A stretch of 32,000 nt of DNA from Okeania sp. (lineage in GTDB: Bacteria; Cyanobacteriota; Cyanobacteriia; Cyanobacteriales; Microcoleaceae). The notes beneath the pieces were generated by a model that was given only the letters and a program-made list of their open reading frames with translations, did not search any database and was not told the origin of the DNA. The stretch is taken from positions 9,285 through 41,284 of the forward strand of contig NZ_JAYKGW010000248.1 of NCBI RefSeq assembly GCF_035285525.1, in the 5' to 3' direction. The position numbers were made by a program, and so were the translations under genes. Each line of letters begins with the position of its first letter. Positions within the stretch are counted from its first letter, which is position 1. Below, piece by piece: positions 15,805 through 24,552 of this stretch.

Positions 15805-16680
15805 ATGAAAAACCAACTAACAATAATCATATTTAGCATTATATTTGCTTTCATAAATCCTGCATTTGCTAAGGCAGAAGGAGTATTACAAGAAATTCAA
15901 AAAACAGGTGTACTCAAAGTAGGTCTTAGAAAAGATGCTGCTCCTTTCGGTTACATTTCTAGTGGTAAATGGGAAGGAATTTGTCTAGAATTAATGAATG
16001 GTTTTAAAGAAGATTTAGAAAAAAAATTCAACCAAACTATTACCATAGAAAAGTTAGAAACTATTCTTGATGAAGATTCAGAACAAGGACGTTATCGCAG
16101 TGTAGTTAATAATCGAGTTCATCTAGAATGCGGTCCTAATACTATTAGAAAAAAACCACCAACAGGAGTTATTTATTCTGAAAGTTTCTTCATAACTGGC
16201 ACATATTTAATGATGAGACCAGATAGAAGAATAGGAGTTAATCCTGATGGATTTCTAGAAGGAATTTTAATTGGAGTTCTCAATGATTCTCTCACACAAA
16301 AATTTATTGATAGTCGATATCAACTGGCAGATCAAAAAGTTTATCAAAGAGGGTTGGGAAGAGAAACTGCGGTTAAAGATGCCATTTCTGGTACAATAGA
16401 TACTTTTGCTAGTGACGGGATTTTATTAGTAGGAGAAGCTTTCCGACAAGGATTAAAAGAAGACCAATATGCTTTAGAACCAAATAGACCACTTACTTGT
16501 ATTTCTTACGGCATGATTTTACCTGCTAATGATTCGGAGTGGCAACAAACAGTCAATGAATATGTTGTGAAGAAGAGTCAACTTAATACAATGATAAACA
16601 TTTTAACTAGATTAGCAGGAGGCACATCTCGATTTATCGAAGTATTTATTTCTGATCAAGATAAATGTAGTGGGTTGTAA
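15805..16680 (+). CDS. Periplasmic substrate-binding protein (family 3, amino-acid-ABC type), with no adjacent permease or ATPase
   Basis: 291 aa with a signal peptide (MKNQLTIIIFSIIFAFINPAFA) and the SBP_bac_3-like pattern GVLKVGLRKDAAPFGY..G..EGICLEL. Confidence 0.82.
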   Translation: MKNQLTIIIFSIIFAFINPAFAKAEGVLQEIQKTGVLKVGLRKDAAPFGYISSGKWEGICLELMNGFKEDLEKKFNQTITIEKLETILDEDSEQGRYRSVVNNRVHLECGPNTIRKKPPTGVIYSESFFITGTYLMMRPDRRIGVNPDGFLEGILIGVLNDSLTQKFIDSRYQLADQKVYQRGLGRETAVKDAISGTIDTFASDGILLVGEAFRQGLKEDQYALEPNRPLTCISYGMILPANDSEWQQTVNEYVVKKSQLNTMINILTRLAGGTSRFIEVFISDQDKCSGL

Positions 16681-16694
16681 GGCATTTTTCAATA

Positions 16695-16829
16695 TTAATA
16701 ATTAGGGTTTACTGAATTTTTATCAAAATTTTTACGGGCATTGGTTTCAGCCTTTGGAACACCTAAAGCATCTCCAATACAAAGTCCTATTAAACCATCT
16801 CTAATTTTTAAGTGATTTGACTTGGGCAT
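16695..16829 (-). pseudogene. Possible truncated fragment of an ADP-ribosylglycohydrolase-family gene (44 codons)
   Basis: My own translation is MPKSNHLKIRDGLIGLCIGDALGVPKAETNARKNFDKNSVNPNY*. G-L-x-G-x-x-x-GDALG-x-P is the N-terminal signature of that family, and the rest of the protein is missing. Confidence 0.3.
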
Positions 16830-16874
16830 TGTTTTCAACTCCCATTAGTTATCAGGAACTAAAATTATCATAAC

Positions 16875-16918
16875 AGGACTTACTCAGACAAACTCAGAAA
16901 CCCGGTTTCTCTGTGTAA
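16875..16918. repeat. Partial family B element (AGGACTTACTCAG..CAGAAACCCGGTTTCTCTGTGTAA)
   Basis: It shares the left terminus and the agaaaccnggtttct palindrome. Confidence 0.55.
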
Positions 16919-16956
16919 TATCATATCTGGTTCAATAGTTATAATTAAAGTTCGTA

Positions 16957-17016
16957 GTAGGGGTTTGGTCTCCAAACCCCAGTAGTGTATCAAGGATTTG
17001 CAAACCAAACCCCTAC
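16957..17016. mobile_element. MITE-like element, family C copy
   Basis: taggggtttggtctccaaacccc .. caaaccaaacccctac. Confidence 0.6.
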
Positions 17017-17144
17017 CCTAAAATGTGACAATCTAGTTTAGGGTTGCTATATAAACAAAAACTTTTACAAAAATTCATTAATTCATTCAAAACTGCTATA
17101 GAATAAATTAATAAATTACAGCTAAATACTAATATTAAATACTC

Positions 17145-18260
17145 CTATTTTTTACCAATAAATTCATCTAAATTTGGCACATTTACCCAACTACCAGTCA
17201 TATTAGATTCATGGGTTAAATCCATTAATAACTGAGAATAAATACCTTCTTTTAAAGATGGAACTAAAGATTTTCCTGTCTCTATTCCTTGTATCCAATT
17301 ATCAACAACTCGAACAAAAGGAGCAATTCTACCATCAGCAAAAACTTGAGGAAAATCTAATCTTTCAGGAATATTTATTTCTACTAAATTATCCCCATTT
17401 TGAGAACCCCAAACTTTAAATCCATGCACATAATCTTTTTGATTATTACTACCAACAATTAAAGTACCTTTACTACCATAAACTTCTAGCCAATGACCGC
17501 GCCCTTGATAAGTGACAGAACTAATACAAATTTGACAGGGAGTACCATCTGCTAACTCTAACATAATATTACAAGTATCATCAGCATCAACTGGTTTTAA
17601 TTCATCTCCCAGAGTCGGATCGGGGCGAGTTTTAATTGAGGTATTAAGTTTTCCCCAAAGTTTTTTCCCAGGACCAAATAACCAGTCAACATAATCAAAA
17701 GTATGGGAAGCGATCGCTCCTAATGCACCACCACCTTGATCTTTTTGAGAATACCAATTCCAAGGACGATTTGGGTTAGCACGACTTGATGCTAACCAAT
17801 CAATTTTTATGAGGCGTTTATCTCCTACATATCCATCTGCTAAAATTTCGGCAAATAGTTGCCAAGCAGGAACAAAACGAAATTCAAAATCCATCGTTAC
17901 TACACATTTATTTGTAGCAGCAAGATGATATAATTCTCTGGCTTCTTCTACTTTTAAAGTTGTTGGTTTTTCTAATAATAAATGTTTGCCTGCGGATAAT
18001 ACTTTTTTTGCCATTTCATAGTGTAGAAATGGGGGAGTTGAAATTGTTACGGCAGCAATTTCAGGTAGGGAAATTATTTCCTCTATGGTATTAAAAGCAT
18101 GAGGAATATTGTGGTCTAATGCAATTGATTTAGCTTTTTCTAAGTTGGGATTATAAACAGCTAATACTTCAGTTTTGTGATGTACTTGTAAACCTGGTAT
18201 ATGTACTTTTTTACCAAATCCTGTACCGATAACTGCTACGCCAATAGTTTGATTTTTCAT
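17145..18260 (-). CDS. Gfo/Idh/MocA-family NAD(P)-dependent oxidoreductase
   Basis: 371 aa with an N-terminal Rossmann motif (IGVAVIGTGFGKKVHIPG) and the LLEKP motif typical of the family. Confidence 0.9.
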   Translation of the reverse strand: MKNQTIGVAVIGTGFGKKVHIPGLQVHHKTEVLAVYNPNLEKAKSIALDHNIPHAFNTIEEIISLPEIAAVTISTPPFLHYEMAKKVLSAGKHLLLEKPTTLKVEEARELYHLAATNKCVVTMDFEFRFVPAWQLFAEILADGYVGDKRLIKIDWLASSRANPNRPWNWYSQKDQGGGALGAIASHTFDYVDWLFGPGKKLWGKLNTSIKTRPDPTLGDELKPVDADDTCNIMLELADGTPCQICISSVTYQGRGHWLEVYGSKGTLIVGSNNQKDYVHGFKVWGSQNGDNLVEINIPERLDFPQVFADGRIAPFVRVVDNWIQGIETGKSLVPSLKEGIYSQLLMDLTHESNMTGSWVNVPNLDEFIGKK

Positions 18261-18267
18261 TGTTTTT

Positions 18268-18336
18268 AAGAAGTAAGAGGGAAGAAACGAAGAAGGGAAG
18301 AAGAAAGAGGAAAGTAAAGAAGGAAAAGAGAATAAA
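18268..18336. repeat. Purine-rich (GA) tract, ~69 nt with 4 interruptions; it forms a CU-rich leader on the oxidoreductase strand
   Basis: aagaagtaagagggaagaaacgaagaagggaagaagaaagaggaaagtaaagaaggaaaagagaataaa lies directly upstream (coding sense) of the ATG at 18260. Confidence 0.9.
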
Positions 18337-18391
18337 TATTTACAACAAAGGGAAAAATGTATAGATATAGCAATCCTAAATGATTTATAAA

Positions 18392-18529
18392 CTGTAGGGG
18401 TACCCCTTTAGATAAAATGTTATATCAAATCCCCTGGCTTTGGAGAATAAGATTTACCATCAGAAAAGAGCAAAAACTCCTAATTTGTAGAGGGTACGGT
18501 TCCCGAAAAATTCGAGACCAAACCCCTAC
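18392..18529. mobile_element. MITE-like element, family C (138 bp), nested inside a second inverted-repeat pair (18414-18436 / 18553-18572)
   Basis: ctgtaggggtacccc .. gagaccaaacccctac. The outer pair is gttatatcaaatccc / gggatttgatattac. Confidence 0.6.
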
Positions 18530-18750
18530 GATATTAAATTCTACCGATGCTACGGGATTTGATATTACAACCTATTAAAGACTACTATATGCTATCTAAA
18601 ATCAATCGCAGCATAGAAAATATTGTTTCCTGCGAAATACTGCGCCAACAAATTTCTCTTTATTACTTTTGAATTTTGACTTGCTATTTCCTAATTACAA
18701 ATTATTACTTTTGAATCCATGAATTTTGACTTGATCAATATTACAAATTC

Positions 18751-18863
18751 AGGACTTACGCAAAGGTACTATATATAGTATGTCGGTGCGTTGTGCGTTG
18801 TGCGCTTTACATGTTGTCGCGCAGCGAAACACACCCTACCAATAGCGTTTATGCGTAAGTCCT
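18751..18863 (-). mobile_element. MITE-like element, family A, inverted orientation, 8 nt downstream of the gshB stop
   Basis: Perfect TIR AGGACTTACGCA..TGCGTAAGTCCT. Its reverse complement aligns end to end with the 19891-19979 copy (aggacttacgcat.aacgctatt.gtagggtg .. ctatatatagt.cctttgcgtaagtcct). Confidence 0.7.
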
Positions 18864-18870
18864 AAAATTA

Positions 18871-19860
18871 TTACTTTTGAATCCATGAATTTTGAATTTT
18901 GACTTGATCGATTACCCATTCGATTACTTTTTTCCCCAAATTAACATTATCAAGTAAATCAATTTCTCTAATTCCAGTAGGACTTGTAACATTAACTTCT
19001 GTGAGATAACCACCAATGACATCTATTCCTACAAAATATAAACCATCTGCTACTAATTTAGGTGCTAAATATTCGCAAATTTCATATTCTCTTTCTGTAA
19101 TTTCTGTCTGAGCAACTCTACCTCCCACTGCCATATTTCCCCTAAATTCTTTACCAGTAGGAATCCGATTTACAGCTCCAATAGGTTTACCATTTAACAT
19201 AATAATTCGTTTATCTCCTTCTTTTGCTGCTGGTAAATAACTCTGAACCATCACAGGTTCTTTACCTTGTTTGGTACTAATTTCTATTAGAGAATTAAAG
19301 TTTCTATCCGTAGGTTCTAAAAATAATATTCCTTCTCCAGCTTTTCCTCCCAAAGGTTTTAAAACAGCCGAATTTTGTGACTCTAAAAACTCTCTAATTA
19401 CCTGTTTATTTTGACTAACAATTGTCTCTGGAATTGCTTTAGTAAATTGCAAAGCATACATTTTTTCATTAGCAGCGCGTAACCCTTGAGGAGAATTTAT
19501 AACTAAAGTTTTTTCTGGATTAATATAGTCTAAAAGATAAGTAGCATAGAGATATGGAGTGGTTACGGGTGGATCTTTCCGCATAAATACAGCATCCATT
19601 GACTCCAGTGGTTCCAGAATTGGTTTTCCCTGATCGTACCAAGGATTACTTACTACCCAATGATTTTCTACCCTTTCAATGGGAATTAAATGTACCCGCT
19701 GAAGTGTTGCCCAAGTTTTACTATCAATAATAGTTAGCTGGTTAATTTCCGTTATCCAAACTTCGTGACCAAATTCTTGAGCAGCTTCCATTAAGGCAAC
19801 GGTACTATCGTGAACTGGGTTTAGTTGGTCTATAGGATCTATGATGAATGCAAATTTCAT
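18871..19860 (-). CDS. gshB: Glutathione synthetase (ATP-grasp)
   Basis: 329 aa beginning MKFAFIIDPI, with FMRKDPP, LKPLGGKAGEGI, GDKRIIMLNG and the EVNVTSPTG pattern, as in prokaryotic GshB. Confidence 0.93.
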   Translation of the reverse strand: MKFAFIIDPIDQLNPVHDSTVALMEAAQEFGHEVWITEINQLTIIDSKTWATLQRVHLIPIERVENHWVVSNPWYDQGKPILEPLESMDAVFMRKDPPVTTPYLYATYLLDYINPEKTLVINSPQGLRAANEKMYALQFTKAIPETIVSQNKQVIREFLESQNSAVLKPLGGKAGEGILFLEPTDRNFNSLIEISTKQGKEPVMVQSYLPAAKEGDKRIIMLNGKPIGAVNRIPTGKEFRGNMAVGGRVAQTEITEREYEICEYLAPKLVADGLYFVGIDVIGGYLTEVNVTSPTGIREIDLLDNVNLGKKVIEWVIDQVKIQNSWIQK

Positions 19861-19890
19861 CTTTTTTTATTGATTAATTTAATATATGTC

Positions 19891-19979
19891 AGGACTTACG
19901 CATGAACGCTATTAGTAGGGTGCGTTAACGTCAGTGTCACGCACCGATACGCTATATATAGTCCCTTTGCGTAAGTCCT
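19891..19979 (+). mobile_element. MITE-like element, family A, between the grxC stop and the gshB start
   Basis: Perfect 12-nt TIRs, 89 bp, located 30 nt upstream of the gshB ATG. Confidence 0.7.
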
Positions 19980-20129
19980 AATATGTTTACTCATTAGGTT
20001 TTTCTTATAGCGTCTAGCGCTAGGGAAAAGGGAACCAGGAACAGGAAACAGGGAACAGTAGAATATCAAATGGTTTTAGCATTTAGAAATGTCTTAACCT
20101 TTACTTCGACTGCTATACAAAAATTGAAA

Positions 20130-20390
20130 CTACACCCCTAGAAGTTGGTTGAGTTTCCCTTGAGCTTCTAGTTCATATAAATCATCACAACCACCCATAT
20201 GTTGGTCATTAATAAAAATTTGGGGTAAAGAACGACGACCATTTGCTCTCTTGGCCATTTTTGCCCGTTCTATTTCATCACCATCTATTGTGTATTCCTG
20301 ATAGGTTACTTGCTTTTCCTTTAAAAGCGCTTTAGCACGAAGGCAAAATGGACAGCTTGACCAAGTGTAAATTTCTACATTAGCAGACAT
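20130..20390 (-). CDS. grxC: Glutaredoxin (CPFC active site, Grx3-like)
   Basis: 86 aa with VEIYTWSSCPFCLRAK, LPQIFI and GGCDDL, the classic dithiol glutaredoxin pattern. Confidence 0.92.
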   Translation of the reverse strand: MSANVEIYTWSSCPFCLRAKALLKEKQVTYQEYTIDGDEIERAKMAKRANGRRSLPQIFINDQHMGGCDDLYELEAQGKLNQLLGV

Positions 20391-20607
20391 AATTAATTAC
20401 CCATAAACAATATTTCTTAAATGATTGTAATATTAATCGGCTCTTTAAGAATAATTTTAGATTTTATAGCGCTACTTGAATCGGGAACAGGGAACACAGA
20501 AGGTGGGAACAGCGGTTGTAGGAAGAATAATTGTTCTTTAATATTTCTTAGGACTTACAAAGAGCTAATCAATATACTAAATTATATGAAATATTAAAGA
20601 GGGAGTA

Positions 20608-20628
20608 GGAAAGTTCTATAAACTTTCC
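20608..20628 (-). terminator. Candidate hairpin terminator downstream of the glycosyltransferase gene
   Basis: GGAAAGTT-ctata-AACTTTCC (8-bp stem) lies 16 nt past the stop at 20644. The following U-tract on the minus strand is weak. Confidence 0.3.
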
Positions 20629-20643
20629 GTTCTCATAAATTTA

Positions 20644-21831
20644 TTACCAAACTACTTGCAACCTTTCTGCTACTACTCTTCTGTAGACTCCATCGGTTTC
20701 TCTTGCTATCCGACTCCAAGAAAATTTCTCCTCTAATTCTTGATAAGCATTTTTCACTAAATTTTGGGCAAAACATTGGTCTGTCAAAACTTTTATAATT
20801 CCAGATGCCAAGGAATTAGGATTACCAACTTTAGTCACAATACCTGTTCTACCATTTTCAACTACTTCTGGCAAACCTCCTGTATCCGAAACTACTACTG
20901 GTACTCGTGCGGCAAAACTTTCTAGAGCAACAATACCAAAGGGTTCATAAAGACTCGGAAATACTGCACAGTCTGCGATCGCTTGGAATTTATCTAAATT
21001 TTCGTCAGACATAAACCCTGTGAAATGGAATTTTTCGGCAATTCCTAAATTCCGGATTTCTTCTTTCCAATAGTCAGTTTTGCCACCTCCAATTATAATA
21101 AATTTTATCTTTCCTCCCATTTTTTTGATCACTGTTGGTCCTGCATGAACTAACACTGATAAGCCTTTTTCTGGAGTCATTCTGCCTAAATAGTAAACAA
21201 TTTTTTCTTCATCTGTTGCAAAATAACGACGGAAATTTACAGCATCAAATTCATCCCGACTTGGTTTTTTTTCAGCGTAAATTCCATTATAAATTACATC
21301 TATTTTGTCTAAAGGAATATCTAAAGTTCTGGTTACATGTCCTCGCATATAGTTAGAACAAACTATTACTCTCCAAGCATTATAAACTAGCTCTTTTTCC
21401 TTTTCGTGAACATATTGTTGAGTATGATTATGAATACCATTATGGCGACCATTTTCTGTGGCATGAACTGTGGCTATTAGTGGTAGTTTAAAGATGTGTT
21501 TAAGAGCGATCGCTGCATCTGCAACTAGCCAATCATGGGCATGAATTATATCAAAATCTTTCTCTTCTGTAATAAGTTTTCCTCCATAACTACCCATCGC
21601 TTCGTTCATATTTGCTACCCAGTGAAAGAAATTTTGACTTGGTGCAACTGACACTCTATAGACCTTTATTCCATTTACAATTTCATAACTTGCTGCTTCA
21701 CCAGATTTAATTGTAATTAAATGAACTTCATTTCCTAATTTCACTAATTCTGGGTATAATTCTGCTACATGACGTGCTATTCCTCCGATAATTCTTGGTG
21801 GAAACTCCCAACTTAATACTAAAATCTTCAT
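20644..21831 (-). CDS. Glycosyltransferase, GT4 family (GT-B fold)
   Basis: 395 aa beginning MKILVLSWEFPPRIIGGIARHV, with a C-terminal FPSLYEPFGIVALESFA and GGLPEVV (E-x7-E-type motif). Confidence 0.88.
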   Translation of the reverse strand: MKILVLSWEFPPRIIGGIARHVAELYPELVKLGNEVHLITIKSGEAASYEIVNGIKVYRVSVAPSQNFFHWVANMNEAMGSYGGKLITEEKDFDIIHAHDWLVADAAIALKHIFKLPLIATVHATENGRHNGIHNHTQQYVHEKEKELVYNAWRVIVCSNYMRGHVTRTLDIPLDKIDVIYNGIYAEKKPSRDEFDAVNFRRYFATDEEKIVYYLGRMTPEKGLSVLVHAGPTVIKKMGGKIKFIIIGGGKTDYWKEEIRNLGIAEKFHFTGFMSDENLDKFQAIADCAVFPSLYEPFGIVALESFAARVPVVVSDTGGLPEVVENGRTGIVTKVGNPNSLASGIIKVLTDQCFAQNLVKNAYQELEEKFSWSRIARETDGVYRRVVAERLQVVW

Positions 21832-22000
21832 AACTACTAATCCCTAAATTTTCACTATCTTTACAATTCTTGATTTTTAGTAATTTTACTCTAAATATTT
21901 TGGTAAATATTTAATAATTTTCCTGATAAATATTACAGACATTCTAACCTAAATATTCAAGAATAGTTAGATAAATCCCGGAATTAGCATACCAAAAAAA

Positions 22001-22066
22001 GGGAGTAGGAAGTACGGAGTAGGAAGTATGGAGTAGGGAGTAGGGAGTAGGGAGTAGGGAGTAGGG
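22001..22066. repeat. STRR array GGGAGTA (5 perfect heptamers preceded by degenerate GGAGTAGGAAGTA units)
   Basis: Read directly. Its reverse complement, CCCTACT, forms the array at 25474-25515. Confidence 0.9.
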
Positions 22067-22090
22067 ACGTTGCATACAACGTCCCTACAG
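22061..22090. repeat. Palindromic repeat, family D (GTAGGGACGTTG-cata-CAACGTCCCTAC), fused to the end of the STRR array
   Basis: Perfect 12-nt arms. Confidence 0.85.
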
Positions 22091-22141
22091 AGTAAACACA
22101 AGCCAAGGATTTTAATCCTTTAAAGATGACTAAATTGCACA

Positions 22142-22216
22142 CTCCTTCCTTCTTCCTTCTCCCTTCTTCCTTTTTCCTTCTTTCTTCTTCCTTCTTTCTT
22201 TTTCTTTCTTCCTTTT
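22142..22216. repeat. Uninterrupted 75-nt polypyrimidine (C/T only) tract abutting the amidase stop codon
   Basis: Read base by base: there is no A or G from 22142 to 22216. The tract overlaps the first two plus-strand bases of the stop codon (22215-22217). Confidence 0.95.
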
Positions 22217-24161
22217 ATTCAGAATCTTTTACCCACTCAACAATTCCATCTGCTAATACTTTTGCTAATTTCTTTTGTTCTTGAGAATTAACAATCCATT
22301 CAAACTCATCAGGATTAATCATAAATCCTAATTCCAATAATACAGAAGGAGCGATCTCCGGACGAGTTAAAGCTAAATTATTCCAAAATACTCCATAGGA
22401 AGGTCTGTCTAATTTTTCCACTAAATAATTATGCAAAAAAACTGCCAAACTATGAGCTTGAGGATGATACCAAAAAGTACCAACTCCCTGAGTTTTTAGC
22501 GCATCACCATAATCAGGTAAAGCATTATAATGAACTGAAATAGCTAAATCTGGTACTTCTTTATTAATCATTTCTACACGGTCTTTGGGATATAAATCCT
22601 CCTCTGCTTTCCTTGTCATCAACACTGAAGCTCCCAAATTAATTAACTCTTTTTCTAACAATTTCGAGACAATTAATGTGACATTTTTTTCTGGATAACC
22701 ATTGGGACCTCTTGCTCCTAAATCATTCTCACTTCCATGTCCTGGATCGATTAAAATTTTCATTCCAGTTAGAGGTTTATTTGAAGAATTAATTCCATTT
22801 TTTACTGCTGGAGGATGTCGCAAAGTTAATACTAAAGTTGTACCAATATACTCTAATTTATAACCCCATTGTTGTGCTTTTTTTAAATTAAATTTATATC
22901 TAACTCCTTGATTATTTTCCACTGTTGAAGTTAAAATTGGTTCCCAATCTAACCGCTCAATTAAAGGGTCATCATCTAAACGAATAGTATCAGTTTGAGC
23001 CGTAGTATTATGGAGAATTAAACTGAAATAGCGATCGCCTTGTTCAACTGTTACTGGTACCGGAACTTGTAAAGGAAATCTAATTTCGGTTGCACCTTCA
23101 ACTTGACGAGCGATCGCACTTCTAATTACGGAACGGGGTGGTGCAGCATCTGTAAATATTCTAGTTTCATCAGCTTTGATCCAACCTCCGTAGTCAAGTC
23201 GTAAATAATCTCCCTCTTTCCCTGTAATCATAGCTTTAGTACCTTTTGGTAAAGGAGTCAACCGGGAATAAGTGGTACTTGGTCCGGTCCTGGCAACTCC
23301 CGCTTCTGCTGTCACCTCTGCCACCTCAAATGTAGTGGGAGAAAGAATAGTTACTTTTCCCGGTGCTTTTTGAGTCACCGTTTCTCCTCCTACGGTTAGT
23401 TTAAACTCAGGTTGACCTAAATCTCCTGTTTTTTCTGCTTGCGCACAACCTTGATAATATTCTCCCGTAGAAGGAACAGGTTGATTATCTCCAGTTAATA
23501 CTGCCAAATTTCCTGGTAAATTTACTACTTGAGATTGGGAAAGTAAAGGAATAGTTTGAGCAGCTAATAATACAGAAATATTAGCATTTGCAGGAGCGAT
23601 CGCTGCAAAACAAATTAACTCTCCTGGCATTCTGGCAATATCTTTTGCCGGAGTCAAAGAGTCTTTACCAAAAGTTATTCCTACTGGTAAAGGTGGTTGA
23701 TTTGAATTGCGTGTTATTTTTAAAATAATCTCTTCATTTTGCTGACGAATAGTAAATATATTTTCTCCCATTTGTAATGGAAAAGTAGGAGCAAAATGAC
23801 CTGATTTACTCCGCTGATTAATTGCTTTTCCATTAACAGTAACTTCAGTTTTTGGAGAAGCAGTACCTATTAAGAAAATTCGGTCGGAAGTAGTTTGATG
23901 ATTAGGTGGTGGATAAGCAATAAATAGAGATTTTTGGTGAGAATCTGATTCTTGTTGAAGTTGATTATTATCTGCAAGCTCGTGTGACATAGCATTAGGA
24001 TAAATGGTACTTATACTTCCTAAAAATATCATTAATCCTAAAGTTGATGACCTGATAATTTTGCTCAATATTTTAGGATTTTTTGTTTGTTTAGTAGTCA
24101 TTGGCAGTAGATTAAAATTTGCCATTTTATTTCTGGGTTTATCTTGTTTTATTGTAAGCAT
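22215..24161 (-). CDS. N-acetylmuramoyl-L-alanine amidase (Amidase_3) with an N-terminal anchor or signal and a central SH3b-like domain
   Basis: 648 aa. The C-terminal ~180 aa read ILIDPGHGSENDLGARGPNG..EKNVTL..ISVHYNA..LLELGFMINPDE. The middle region reads GVARTGPSTTYSRLTPLPKGTKAMITGKEGDYLRLDYGGWI. The start could be a downstream Met. Confidence 0.88.
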   Translation of the reverse strand: MLTIKQDKPRNKMANFNLLPMTTKQTKNPKILSKIIRSSTLGLMIFLGSISTIYPNAMSHELADNNQLQQESDSHQKSLFIAYPPPNHQTTSDRIFLIGTASPKTEVTVNGKAINQRSKSGHFAPTFPLQMGENIFTIRQQNEEIILKITRNSNQPPLPVGITFGKDSLTPAKDIARMPGELICFAAIAPANANISVLLAAQTIPLLSQSQVVNLPGNLAVLTGDNQPVPSTGEYYQGCAQAEKTGDLGQPEFKLTVGGETVTQKAPGKVTILSPTTFEVAEVTAEAGVARTGPSTTYSRLTPLPKGTKAMITGKEGDYLRLDYGGWIKADETRIFTDAAPPRSVIRSAIARQVEGATEIRFPLQVPVPVTVEQGDRYFSLILHNTTAQTDTIRLDDDPLIERLDWEPILTSTVENNQGVRYKFNLKKAQQWGYKLEYIGTTLVLTLRHPPAVKNGINSSNKPLTGMKILIDPGHGSENDLGARGPNGYPEKNVTLIVSKLLEKELINLGASVLMTRKAEEDLYPKDRVEMINKEVPDLAISVHYNALPDYGDALKTQGVGTFWYHPQAHSLAVFLHNYLVEKLDRPSYGVFWNNLALTRPEIAPSVLLELGFMINPDEFEWIVNSQEQKKLAKVLADGIVEWVKDSE

Positions 24162-24301
24162 TCTGCATCATCACCATTTAGCTATTCAGCTATTTATTTG
24201 AGTTTTAAATAAAATAAAAGCTTTATTAGTTAAGCCAAATAGAATCTTACTATCAAATTAGACTTTAAAGGTTATACAATTTAAAGGTTTAGATAGAGTT
24301 T

Positions 24302-24331
24302 GCTATTTCTGCGGAATGCTACAGAAATAGC
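24302..24331. other. Strong hairpin (10-bp perfect stem, 10-nt loop) between pspA and the amidase gene
   Basis: GCTATTTCTG-cggaatgcta-CAGAAATAGC. There is no U-tract on either strand, so it is not a canonical intrinsic terminator. Confidence 0.5.
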
Positions 24332-24552
24332 TGAAGGTTAATAGCTGAATTATTACCTTGTACTTGATAAATTTTTCAGTAGTTTTCTAGATTGACAGTA
24401 GCATTAAAGTGTCTGTCTGCTTCAAATATTGATTATTAATCAATACAGTTCAGTTCATTTCAGGATTTTTTAGGCATTTTTATAGTCGAAAAAACCTATC
24501 TAATGGTTCCATATATTATAAGTTTTCGTCTGAACTGAATCGTCTTGAATTA

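Noticed and set aside
19861-20129. The CTAGCGCTAG perfect palindrome (about 20013-20022) and the GGGAACA heptamers downstream of grxC as a regulatory operator
   Set aside because: The palindrome is short and sits amid STRR-type filler downstream of a gene end. Nothing distinguishes it from the many other small palindromes in this repeat-rich genome.
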